Of a DNA stretch of 64,000 nt, positions 10,901 through 18,192 are shown piece after piece. Numbering within the stretch: position 1 is the stretch's first letter; every line of letters begins with the position of its first letter. The notes beneath the pieces are model-generated. The model ran no database searches. It was not told the origin of the DNA and saw only the letters and a program-made list of their open reading frames with translations. Source of the stretch: an uncultured bacterium (GTDB taxonomy: Bacteria; Chlamydiota; Chlamydiia; Chlamydiales; 2-12-FULL-49-11); NCBI GenBank assembly GCA_964552055.1, contig CAZKFL010000005.1:4184-68183 (forward strand), given 5' to 3'. Both the position numbers and the translations under genes were made by a program.

Positions 10901-11772
10901 GATGAGTTACTAAGAGTAAAAGTCCCACCAGTAAGCTTAGTAATACCCCAACCTGAATTCGCAGAAAAGAGACCCGCATAGGAGCCTGAATTTAAAGTAA
11001 GCGTGTTACCGGCCAAACTTACAAAGGAGCCCGCATCCCCAGTTAAACTTGCTATAGAGCTATTATTCCCATTTAAAAAAAGAGCACCGCTTGTCATGGC
11101 AAAAGCGGAACTACTTGAGAGGCCAGCTGCACTACCTGCGCTGAGAGTTCCTTGAATTGTTGTTGCGCCTGAATAAGAGGAAGTTCCCCCTAATGTGAGT
11201 GAATTATTGCTTCCAATTGTAAGGCCACCTGCTCCACTAATATTTCCATTAAATGTCGATGATGCATTGCCATTTATCGTCAGAAGTGTGGTAGTCGCAA
11301 TTGATCCAGTCCCTGAAAGTGAATTAATTGTATTCGCAGCATTATTTAAAGTTAGAGTTCCAGAACCTAAAGTAAGATTTCCAGCGGAAATAGCCCCCGT
11401 AATTGAAATACCCGTTGCCCCAGGCGTAATCGTAATATTGTTTGTCGAAAAAATTAATCCGCAAGATATAGTGGCGCCTCCCGTACCACTGTTACTAATG
11501 CTACTTGTAACAGCCAAAGGACTGCCAGAGATTGTATAAGCACCCGTTGAATTAAATGCTAAGGTTGCAATACTCAAACCGGAAATATTCACACTAGGCT
11601 GAAAGGTAGGAGCCGCAGATGTAAAATTTGCAATTCCACTGGGAACTGCAGCCCCTGACCAATTTCCTGTCAAATTCCAAGCAGTAGACGTACCACCAAC
11701 CCAAATGCCATCAGCTGCACAAAGCTGTACTGCAAGAAGACCACAGGCAATTATATATCTGCTAATTTTCAA
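4900..11772 (-). CDS. Giant classical (type Va) autotransporter adhesin-like protein
   Basis: The 2290-aa ORF uses a TTG start and has a signal peptide (MKISRYIIACGLLAVQLCAADG). It carries dozens of autotransporter-associated beta-strand (PATR-like) repeats, e.g. LEKVGAGTLELSGINTYTGDTTISGGAIQI and FTKTGTSTLTFT..KTYTGATTIAAGTLAAG. The C-terminal ~290 aa have alternating beta-barrel character and end in GAQIGIRF, with the terminal aromatic residue typical of OM barrels. Confidence 0.9.
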   Translation of the reverse strand: MKISRYIIACGLLAVQLCAADGIWVGGTSTAWNLTGNWSGAAVPSGIANFTSAAPTFQPSVNISGLSIATLAFNSTGAYTISGSPLAVTSSISNSGTGGATISCGLIFSTNNITITPGATGISITGAISAGNLTLGSGTLTLNNAANTINSLSGTGSIATTTLLTINGNASSTFNGNISGAGGLTIGSNNSLTLGGTSSYSGATTIQGTLSAGSAAGLSSSSAFAMTSGALFLNGNNSSIASLTGDAGSFVSLAGNTLTLNSGSYAGLFSANSGWGITKLTGGTFTLSNSSNSTSITAPGTITITGGTLSAAAGALPNSSTVSVGAAGILSNTGLNSISILNGSAGAQVSLSSALTLTTGGTYVGTITTSNSSPLTLPSGTFNFNGAASTAPIAMSGSSTLNITGATTITGLSTTATTPIVNLGANLTINVPISTTSSYAGVLNAVTPGTNTLVLSGAGTFELNNSNYLGTLALIGLSNGTLLIGSSNALNGDTRLGISSNGILDVNGKNIELNFLISGDSTGKVKLNGGGITMTPSGGSCSYNGIIIDGATTPTMATLSFTINQLAFLTAGLNTYTGITTIQDSGAWVAGAVNTLSPNSLFTLSSGALNLVTYNNQIANLTGSGAITLIGSALQLGPTYTGLTNQSFSGTFNLITSGGLTVNFSNSLSSFSVGANVFPVSAPNIDLIVTNGIFEITGSNTVNTLSGLGGEVRLTGSGVNLSIVGPSCTYEGSITGTGGLALSGFSLTLKNATQNSSSYSGPTTITGGAILYGGSANTFSTKSVITFTDSFLGGELSLNNFDNTVANLSSTAALMGSVALTNSNTLTLSGLGSGSSQSFAGPITDNGGLPGGSLTISAPCAITLTGVSGGTTYYGTTTVYGTLSAGGSNVFSANSLVNVASGGALQLNGNSNSNVIANLTGSGFVNLAGSTLSLGGDNASQTFSGILAANADGWGLTKNGTGTFTLAGSQTITNTGTITINSSGGISAGAGTLPNTATVSFPAGVGNTGNLTISGANTIANLTDLTLTAGATSLTLNDINTTLTIGYPGTANPTGNFYGAITGAGGLTFANSVNYTLYTTGLNQNTYSGVTTINSGVLSAGTADALSHSSALFLESYTSLQLNNNSATIASLAGNSPSTVNFGGGGGTLTINTGVPTPTTTTFAGAIAGTGSLVITGSTGTLILSRSSSYGGTTTVSGGILQMGIVDALPTSIYTAVTLSGGTLALNGYPTHIASLTGTTNVTLGASTGILTMVTGGTSYSGVISGSGGVTLSAGTFTTSGANTYGGTTTIAGNWTTGGTTLSSNSMVQMSSGTLTLTSGPNTIANLNGTGTIVSTTALTFGGDNNAGTYNSTAWTGAANITKAGSGVFTLSGTSTYSGNTLVTGGTFKAGAAAAFSAGSLVNLSSGTTLSLNSNANTILDLTGTGTVYLGNATLTLANPTSTFSGSIVGITTIHGGLTKNGAGTFTLAETGQALYGDLTTINAGTLQAGAISAFASMSTVYFPLAAGTLNLAGFPNTIGGLIGTGGSSVTLGGGKLTVGFNGTSTAFSGIISGGGGLEKVGAGTLELSGINTYTGDTTISGGAIQIYQDSGLGNVAGSLIFNNGTLTNIAGNFSSGRAVTLTGPGTISLSLGGVLTLSGTMTGSGTFTKTGTSTLTFTTNGIKTYTGATTIAAGTLAAGSTQAFSATSDVTVLTGATLNLASFSNTIGNLSGAGTVNLGTGTLTLGNSNSTVFSGGMSATAGNLIKLGAGSFTVSGTCAYTGTTAVNAGTFVVNGSVSSSATTVASGATIKGVGTIAGSVTVSGIIEPGNSIGTLHVGSYTALSGSTYNVELSQVTSDNIIATGAVTINSGATLNVIPQRGTYDPSHAYEVINAAGGLTGTFTNVITPSDRTDVVTQYTSDILYLYLTVKSAVEIGEGFNARQVGYVIDSISDANIAAWVEPLDDLFDLSQTELKVALNELCPAQLKGLAIIQQNNAVRVQNGISLRFQNLLDRKHCPHVKGCKINSNPVYLWIDGFNSKLRQPSNFIDTNPQVGYHTSSGGGSIGLDFNVAKHGYIGIMGGGTYTDVKWYKDQGSGHVTSGYLGVYGSAIGTLTFINASLLGSTNNYIASRKIVYTGVNTTAHSNHNGTQLLTHLDGGLNINCFGFTIRPFESMDYIIQHERPFTETGAGVYDLDVHKTNPQIFRNELGINFARCFNISNRSRIIADIKLSWVSENRITGTLFTSSFVDFPQTFLTEGYYPNRSLFSPGAALTGNFAQDSAYITVTYDADLGHQYLDQRTGAQIGIRF

Positions 11773-11792
11773 CTATATACCGCTTATTTTAA

Positions 11793-13355
11793 CTACTTTA
11801 GCTCTATCATAATGTTATGGGCTGAAACGATAATTTTATATTTATCGGGGAATTTCATTGTGGCAAATGAGCCTACTATACCATCCCCTGCAGATACAAT
11901 TTCATAAGAAGATCCAGAGGTGAAGGTAGAAGGTGGAGCAATATTAAGCGTAACATTATCCCCAATGATAAATTTTCCGGTTGTAGTAAGCGATTCATTT
12001 GATTCAAGATTTACTTCTAAAGTTGAATCAGAGCATTGTGAATAATTCCCCACAATAACCATTTTATCGGGTTTACAAAGCCCAAGATTTTTTACATCTC
12101 CAACAATAATGCCATTTCCTTGAAGAGTTGCGCCAGACTGTATTGTTACGCTCGAATTAATCATTCCCGTTAGATTAAAAACACCTTCAGTAATTGTTGT
12201 AGGTCCAGAATATGTGCTTAAACGAGAAAGAGTTAATGAGCCCTTTCCATTTTTAACAATTCCACCAGCACCTGAAATAGTACCGTCAATTAGAGAGTCA
12301 TTATCATCTGAAAGGGTTAGTATTGCCCTCCCAAGCTTTACCTCGCCACCGAGCAGTCCTCCTCCATTTATTGAAGGAATTGTACAATTATTTCCTGCTA
12401 AATCTAAAACGGCGCCATCCATATTAGCAATTTGAATGGAAGATGAAGAAGGAAAGGCATTCATAATTCCTGCTCGCAAGGTGCCATTATCAATTTTAAT
12501 TGGACCTGCAAATGAATTTTTTGGGCCAGATAAAGTTAAAGTTCCGATGCCAACTTTTACAAGGCCGCCCTCACCAAAAATGGAACCATTGTACACTGTA
12601 TTTGTATCATCACCAACAGTAAGAGTTGCACTACCTAGTAAAATATTGCCACCAAGATTTCCGCCGCCACTTAAACTAGCAATCGTATTATCGTAGTTAT
12701 TCAAGTCCAAGACAACACCCGATGTATTTAAAATCACAACTCCAGAAACAGGTGAAAATACATTCTTCCCATTGGCTTCTAATATCCCACTTTGAATTGT
12801 CGTTAATCCCCTATAACTATTCAAACCCGAAAGAGTTAACTTAGCTTGACCCTGTTTAGTGATTCCACCATTACCCGTAATCTCACCTGTAATCAGGCAA
12901 TAATCTTTTTCTCTACTGCAATTAGGATTTGTAATATTAGCGCTAATCACAATCGTATTCTCTAACTCGAGTAAAGAGTTAATCTCCGCCTTACCAGTCA
13001 CCAAAATTGAGTCGTAAACATTTAACTGACCTGAAGATAAGCTATACAAATACTCACTATTTATAACGATAGATTTAACACTTACAGTTCCATCGACAGT
13101 AATCTTTGCTGGCCTAGATAAAATAAAAGGGGGAAATGTTGCAACATCATTTCGACCATCTGGATAAAGCGCGTTCAATCCTGAACCTGGCACCCAATCT
13201 TTTTCCTCCTTCCACTTTCCGCCCCCATCATTTTTCCACGTAGCAGAACCTGCTAAAAGACCCACCTGCGTAAGACTTAAAATTCCAAAACCCAAAAGGC
13301 AAACTGCATTTCTCAAAAAATACCCCCACAAAACAATTAACTGTCCTAAAAGCAA
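11793..13355 (-). CDS. Autotransporter passenger-like protein lacking a translocator beta-barrel (start codon uncertain, non-ATG)
   Basis: The 520-aa ORF has a signal-like N-terminus (LRNAVCLLGFGILSLTQVGLLAGSATW). PATR-like repeats include ITKQGQAKLTLSGLNSYRGLTTIQSGILEANG, LVKVGIGTLTLSGPKNSFAGPIKIDNGTLRAG and IVKNGKGSLTLSRLSTYSGPTTITEGVF. Its C-terminal module (SGATLQGNGIIVGDV...YEIVSAGDGIVGSF) parallels the pre-barrel module of the neighbouring gene (SGATIKGVGTIAGSV...YEVINAAGGLTGTF), but the ORF stops there. Confidence 0.7.
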   Translation of the reverse strand: MLLGQLIVLWGYFLRNAVCLLGFGILSLTQVGLLAGSATWKNDGGGKWKEEKDWVPGSGLNALYPDGRNDVATFPPFILSRPAKITVDGTVSVKSIVINSEYLYSLSSGQLNVYDSILVTGKAEINSLLELENTIVISANITNPNCSREKDYCLITGEITGNGGITKQGQAKLTLSGLNSYRGLTTIQSGILEANGKNVFSPVSGVVILNTSGVVLDLNNYDNTIASLSGGGNLGGNILLGSATLTVGDDTNTVYNGSIFGEGGLVKVGIGTLTLSGPKNSFAGPIKIDNGTLRAGIMNAFPSSSSIQIANMDGAVLDLAGNNCTIPSINGGGLLGGEVKLGRAILTLSDDNDSLIDGTISGAGGIVKNGKGSLTLSRLSTYSGPTTITEGVFNLTGMINSSVTIQSGATLQGNGIIVGDVKNLGLCKPDKMVIVGNYSQCSDSTLEVNLESNESLTTTGKFIIGDNVTLNIAPPSTFTSGSSYEIVSAGDGIVGSFATMKFPDKYKIIVSAHNIMIELK

Positions 13356-13410
13356 GATACAAAAAAAAACTTAACTGTACACACTTATTTAAATCAGGTC
13401 CCCTGAAATC

Positions 13411-13470
13411 ATCTTGCAATCTTGCGGGGTCAGGCACCATAATCTTGCAATCTTGCGGGGTCAGGCACCG
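13411..13470. repeat. Two further direct copies (30-bp period) of the 28-bp core repeat found at 4684-4761
   Basis: atcttgcaatcttgcggggtcaggcacc occurs at 13411-13438 and 13443-13470, in the same orientation as the copies at 4687 and 4731. Confidence 0.95.
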
Positions 13471-13486
13471 GGATTGTTTCGGGAAA

Positions 13487-14953
13487 TTATAAATAAGTGA
13501 TTAGTTTTGAGGCGGTTAGTGGGGAGGGGGATTTGGCGCCGGCAAGGGCGTGGAGTGTTGCGCCGAGAGTTGCAGCCAGATGAAGGGAAGCGCCTTGGGC
13601 GATGAGGGTGGTGATGATGCCGGCAAGGGCGTCGCCCATTCCGGCGGTAGACATGTTGCTTGTTCCGAATGGGATAATGATTTTCGGGTGGTTAGGAGAA
13701 ATAATTGTTGTCGCAGGACCTTTATATACTATTATAATGTTATGAAGGAGGGAAAATTCTTCAGCTTTTTTTATGAGATCCAGATCGCCTAAACTTTCAT
13801 CTAATTGCAAAAGTTTTTGCAGTTCACCTTTATGGGGAGTGAGGATTGCATTTTCTACACCACCTTTGAAAAAAAAGAGTGCGTCGCCATCGATAACAAT
13901 GGGGCATTTTGCTTTACTATATAATAGGTCTAGTAATTTGGGAATATCCCCTGTTCTTCCTAAACCGGGGCCCACAAGGATTGCTTTTGTTCGATGGAGT
14001 TCTTCTAGCAATGTTTGTATTTGACTCATTCTTACAACTTCTGGTGGCAAAGCCGCTAATTCGCATTCCATTCCAGGTGAGTGAAATAGACGAATAATTC
14101 CAGCGCCCATTTTTTGCGCACCCATTGCAGCAATGATAGCGGCACCTGGCATACCAGGTGATCCCGCAACTAATACAACTTGTCCTACACTATATTTATT
14201 TGCAGTTCTTACTCTAATAGGAAGATTTTTTGAAACAATTTCTTGATTAACTATATATCCAAATGGAAGAGCTTTTTCTACATACTGTTTTGAGAGACCA
14301 AAATCGACTTTAATCAGATTCCCTACATAGTCAAAACCTTGATTATATAAGTGACCAACTTTCATAAGACCTAAATAAGCAGTAATTTCAGCAATAACCG
14401 CAACAGTTTCAACGCGCCCTGTATCCCCTGCTACACCAGAAGGAATATCAATAGAAATAACTGGATTTTGGGCCGCATTCACCTTATCAATGACTTCCTT
14501 CATAAGGCCTGTTACTTTTCCATGAAATCCCGTTCCAAGTAACCCATCTAATATAAGAATGTTGGGCGGAATAACAATCTCACCCACTGGATAAATCTCC
14601 CCCCCCATTTTAAGAAAACCGTTTGCATGAATCTGGCAGAGCTGACTACAATCACTGATTGGAAACAAGTGGTGCGCCGCTACTTTATAACCAATAGCCA
14701 AGAGCTTTTCACCCACAGAAAAGCAATCCCCTCCATTATTACCCTTTCCGCATAGTAGCAAAACAGTACGGGGCAATTTTTTTTCTTCTATATACCGTAA
14801 TACGATATCTAAAATTCCTAAAGCCGCCTTCTCCATATACTGATCTGCAGTAGCATCACCCTCCAAAATTGCAACAGATTCTATGCGTGCCATTTCAGAC
14901 GCAGATACAACCTTATCACCTTCAACAGAAACAGGAAAATATTTTTGAGTCAT
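13487..14953 (-). CDS. nnr: Bifunctional NAD(P)H-hydrate repair enzyme (epimerase + ADP-dependent dehydratase)
   Basis: The 488-aa ORF has an N-terminal YjeF_N block LLLCGKGNNGGDCF. The C-terminal carbohydrate-kinase-like domain contains VGPGLGRTG and STAGMGDALAGII. Confidence 0.85.
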   Translation of the reverse strand: MTQKYFPVSVEGDKVVSASEMARIESVAILEGDATADQYMEKAALGILDIVLRYIEEKKLPRTVLLLCGKGNNGGDCFSVGEKLLAIGYKVAAHHLFPISDCSQLCQIHANGFLKMGGEIYPVGEIVIPPNILILDGLLGTGFHGKVTGLMKEVIDKVNAAQNPVISIDIPSGVAGDTGRVETVAVIAEITAYLGLMKVGHLYNQGFDYVGNLIKVDFGLSKQYVEKALPFGYIVNQEIVSKNLPIRVRTANKYSVGQVVLVAGSPGMPGAAIIAAMGAQKMGAGIIRLFHSPGMECELAALPPEVVRMSQIQTLLEELHRTKAILVGPGLGRTGDIPKLLDLLYSKAKCPIVIDGDALFFFKGGVENAILTPHKGELQKLLQLDESLGDLDLIKKAEEFSLLHNIIIVYKGPATTIISPNHPKIIIPFGTSNMSTAGMGDALAGIITTLIAQGASLHLAATLGATLHALAGAKSPSPLTASKLITYL

Positions 14954-15094
14954 ACATTATATATGGGATACTCGTGCAATGTTTTCAATAAATTGTATAA
15001 GATTAGAATTATCATTTTTGGATCATGCTGAAAGCAAATGTGTTAGTAAAATTTCAAAATGTTATAACATCTAAATAAAAAAGGGATAACTACA

Positions 15095-15412
15095 ATGACT
15101 ACTATTATTATTATCAACCAAACAATCAATGATGTACAATTAATTACCCCAAATAAAAATTCAACGCCTAATCTCGGCACCTGGACTGGCACAACAACGA
15201 CTATCCAGCCAATCCCTACTATATACTATAAAGTCCCCACTAAAACAAAAGCTCAAGGAACATTTACAGGAACTATAATAACTCTTAGGATAGTTGGAGG
15301 AACTCTTTATAACATAGATTTTAACATTCCCACTTACACTTCACCAGATAATGTCATGAGCTGTTCCGGAGATACAACTACCTATACATGCACTTTTAGC
15401 GATGCTTCATAA
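15095..15412 (+). CDS. Hypothetical Thr-rich small protein (weak call)
   Basis: The 105-aa ORF is preceded by aaaaagggataactaca (SD-like AAGGGA). It has low-complexity T/I-rich composition and no recognisable motif. Its 3' end overlaps the gpsA 3' end by 31 nt. Confidence 0.35.
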   Translation: MTTIIIINQTINDVQLITPNKNSTPNLGTWTGTTTTIQPIPTIYYKVPTKTKAQGTFTGTIITLRIVGGTLYNIDFNIPTYTSPDNVMSCSGDTTTYTCTFSDAS

Positions 15413-16377
15413 TCAGCGATTGCCTTTAGCATTTGTGCAAAACCTTCTTTAGGATTTTGGTTCTCATAGAGAATGTGGTACATGGCTGAAATGATGGGGA
15501 GATCTAGGGAGTGTTTTTTGGCAATGTTGTAGGCGGAGAGAACTGTATACTCACCTTCTACGACCATGCCGATTTTTTCTTTTGCGTGGGTGGCTGTGCC
15601 GCCCTGTCCAAGTAGAGTGCCGAATGTGTAGTTACGGCTGAGGTTGGAGACTCCGGTAACGATCAGGTCACCGATCCCGGCTAGTCCGTAACAGGTTTCT
15701 TCTTTTCCACCTTTAATTTTAGCAATTGCGCACATCTCTTTTAGGCCTTGCGTGATGATCAGCGCTTTTGTGTTATAGCCATATGATAGCCCTTCTGCAA
15801 GTCCAGATGCGATGGCAATTACGTTTTTGATAGAACCGCCAACTGCTGTTCCGAGAACATCAAAGCTCTCAGCTATATGAAAATTGGGAGACTGAAACAC
15901 TTCTTTAATAATTTCTATAACCTCTGCACTAAGACTTGCACCTACTGCAGCAGACGGCTCTTTAAACATCACTTCTTTTGCTAAGGTAGGTCCGCTCATG
16001 CAGCCAATTAATTGTTTATCGCCAAAAATTTCATAGGCAACTTCTACAAGAAGTTTGCCAGTTTCTTGTTCTATCCCTTTAGAAGTGATAATAAATGGGA
16101 TATTTACAGATTTTAATGCTTCGCATACAGGTCTAAATCCCTTAGCAGTTACGCATTCGACAATGACATCGCACTCTGAAATATCGGCTAAATCTCTTGT
16201 ATAAGTAATACTCGGAGAAACAAGGAAGTCTTTAAATTTGGGGTGGCGATGAAACTCTTCTAAATGGGCAAGCACATCTTCTTCAATGGACCAGAGAACA
16301 ACATTATGTCCATTTCTTGCGATTAAATCAGCGAGGGTAATCCCCCATGCGCCGCTTCCTAGAAATCCAACTTTCAT
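15382..16377 (-). CDS. gpsA: NAD(P)H-dependent glycerol-3-phosphate dehydrogenase
   Basis: MKVGFLGSGAWGITLA provides the Rossmann GxGxxG motif, followed by the LAKEV and GDLIVT blocks typical of GpsA. I prefer the ATG at 16377 over the TTG at 16380 used in the track. Confidence 0.9.
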   Translation of the reverse strand: MKVGFLGSGAWGITLADLIARNGHNVVLWSIEEDVLAHLEEFHRHPKFKDFLVSPSITYTRDLADISECDVIVECVTAKGFRPVCEALKSVNIPFIITSKGIEQETGKLLVEVAYEIFGDKQLIGCMSGPTLAKEVMFKEPSAAVGASLSAEVIEIIKEVFQSPNFHIAESFDVLGTAVGGSIKNVIAIASGLAEGLSYGYNTKALIITQGLKEMCAIAKIKGGKEETCYGLAGIGDLIVTGVSNLSRNYTFGTLLGQGGTATHAKEKIGMVVEGEYTVLSAYNIAKKHSLDLPIISAMYHILYENQNPKEGFAQMLKAIADYEASLKVHV

Positions 16378-16381
16378 CAAA

Positions 16382-18157
16382 TCACCTCACATTTTCAATA
16401 TAGTATACTACATCTTCTTTTGTTTTTATAGGGGCAAAGACGGTTTTTCTATCTTTCAAAATAATTTTATATGTATTTGCTAGCGAAAATGCATCAAAAA
16501 TGAACTTTTCAAAATGTTTACCCTCATTTCTGGTGACCTGATGCCAGGGGAGATGGGATTTGGCTGCTTTTTCAAAAAAAGATTTACTACAGGAAAAAAT
16601 ACCGCTATACCCGAGTTTCCAGCGCTCCTTCTGCTCAATCGGGATTTCCATATACTCGGCCACATAGAGTTTTCCCTCTTTATCTATAAGGGCGCCGATG
16701 CTTTCCTCTGGAGACTGCTTTTCAATTGCCAAAACAGCAAGCTCTTCCTTTCCAAGTGAGATGGGCTCTGCAAGTGGATTATCAATCGGAAGGACGCAAA
16801 TTTCATCGATATCACTCCACTTATCCCAAAGGTTTGATCCGTAAAATGCAGAAAAAAGCGCGCCATTACCTTCAGGCGATTCTTCGTAATGATTCGTCAA
16901 CCTCGGCAAGCACCTTTCTTGAAAAAGGTCAATATGTACATACCCCTTTTTCTCTAAAAAGGCCTTCGTCTCTTTATGAGTAGCAGGTGAGGTCATGATG
17001 GCGCATCTGCCACTGATTTTTTCAAGTAAGATTTCGTATAGACTTTTTTCCCCAATGGGAAAGCACCCTTTGGGACCAGAAAAACCAAGTCTTCGGCCCA
17101 TTCCGGCTGCGAGTATAATTACGCCCATTTTTTTTACACTTTTATGAGTTTCGGTAGAATAGGCAGGCTCTTTTGCATTAATAAAGGAAAAGGGGGCAAT
17201 TTTTTGATTCAAAGCTTCTGTTAGAAGAGCGCGCTTCATCTCTTTTACCACTTCATCAACTTCTATCTGTTTCATACACCGAAAATCAATGGGGCAAGTT
17301 CTTTTATAGCAAGGTGAACAGGAAACTGCCTTATAGATGATTTTTCCTCTTTTGTAGGGACCTGTTGCATAGGGGTTTGTTGAGCCAAAAAGGGCGACAA
17401 GAGGAACTTTCATACTTGCGGCAATATGCATAGGACCCGAATCATTGGTAAGAAAAGCATCGACACTTCCAATTTCTTCTACAAGTTCTCGTAGAGTTGT
17501 TTTGCCCGCTAAATTTAGGACTCGATCATCAAAATTTTGACAGATAGAATCCACAAGAGGTTTAGTTAATTTATCCCCAAAAACTTTGATCTTGCTATTT
17601 GGAATTTCATCTAAAAGTCTTCGAATCACATCAGCAAACCTCTCGGGTGGCCAACACTTTGCAGAGCCGTACGCAGCTCCTGGATTGATACCAAAAATGG
17701 TGCGCCCGATTTGTTTCTCTTTGGGAGGAATAAATAACTTTGGCTCAGAAGAAGATGGTGAACCGATTAGCTGCTTGTAAGTAAGGACTAAATGCTGCTT
17801 TTCCTTTGATTTTGGAAAGGGGATATTTTCGGTTAGTAAAAACCCCCTTGATTTTTTAGCAAAACCAACTCTTTTTTTTACGCCTGAAAGCCAGAAGTGC
17901 CACGCAGATGAAAATGAATTGGTCAGCAAAATCCCGAGATCATACTTTTCTTGTAATAGCTTTGGGAAGAGCCTATTTTTTCGCGAAAAATAAATCACCT
18001 CATCTATATAGGGGTTATTTTCTAATATTTCCCCTAAAATACCTGTACATAGAGCTACAATTTTTGCATCTGGATAAAGGGCGCGCAAATCCTCTAAGAC
18101 AGGCGTTGCCATCACAAAATCACCAATCCAATTGGGCATTCTTACGACAATTTTCAT
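16382..18157 (-). CDS. Fusion protein: GT9 heptosyltransferase-like domain (N-terminal) + UDP-sugar/UDP-GlcNAc pyrophosphorylase-like domain (C-terminal)
   Basis: The N-terminal ~320 aa contain MPNWIGDFVMATPVLEDLRALYP and NDSGPMHIAA..VPLVALFG, which are GT9/RfaF-WaaC-type blocks. The C-terminus, from M344 (17128), contains VIILAAGMGRRLGFSGPKGCFPIG, PEGNGALF and FEKFIFDAF, which are blocks of the eukaryotic-type UDPGP/UAP family. One uninterrupted 591-aa ORF spans both domains. Confidence 0.75.
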   Translation of the reverse strand: MKIVVRMPNWIGDFVMATPVLEDLRALYPDAKIVALCTGILGEILENNPYIDEVIYFSRKNRLFPKLLQEKYDLGILLTNSFSSAWHFWLSGVKKRVGFAKKSRGFLLTENIPFPKSKEKQHLVLTYKQLIGSPSSSEPKLFIPPKEKQIGRTIFGINPGAAYGSAKCWPPERFADVIRRLLDEIPNSKIKVFGDKLTKPLVDSICQNFDDRVLNLAGKTTLRELVEEIGSVDAFLTNDSGPMHIAASMKVPLVALFGSTNPYATGPYKRGKIIYKAVSCSPCYKRTCPIDFRCMKQIEVDEVVKEMKRALLTEALNQKIAPFSFINAKEPAYSTETHKSVKKMGVIILAAGMGRRLGFSGPKGCFPIGEKSLYEILLEKISGRCAIMTSPATHKETKAFLEKKGYVHIDLFQERCLPRLTNHYEESPEGNGALFSAFYGSNLWDKWSDIDEICVLPIDNPLAEPISLGKEELAVLAIEKQSPEESIGALIDKEGKLYVAEYMEIPIEQKERWKLGYSGIFSCSKSFFEKAAKSHLPWHQVTRNEGKHFEKFIFDAFSLANTYKIILKDRKTVFAPIKTKEDVVYYIENVR

Positions 18158-18192
18158 AGCAACTAAAATACAGGAAACTTAAGAATGTTGAT

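Noticed and set aside
6308-11539. About eleven plus-strand ORFs of 61-150 aa lie inside the autotransporter gene, with Pro/Val/Ala-rich translations.
   Set aside because: They are antisense shadow ORFs produced by the repetitive Gly/Thr/Ala codon usage of the 2290-aa minus-strand gene. They have no independent start context or motifs.
13228-13440. A 70-aa minus-strand ORF spans the upstream repeat and the 5' end of the passenger-like gene.
   Set aside because: It overlaps the longer PATR-repeat ORF in another frame and begins inside the 28-bp repeats, so it is most likely spurious.
4684-13470. I considered calling the repeat-flanked autotransporter block a genomic island or mobile element.
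   Set aside because: There is no integrase, transposase, tRNA-adjacent att site or phage/plasmid gene. The higher G+C appearance is explained by Gly/Ala/Thr-rich repeats. I report it as a finding rather than annotating it as a mobile element.
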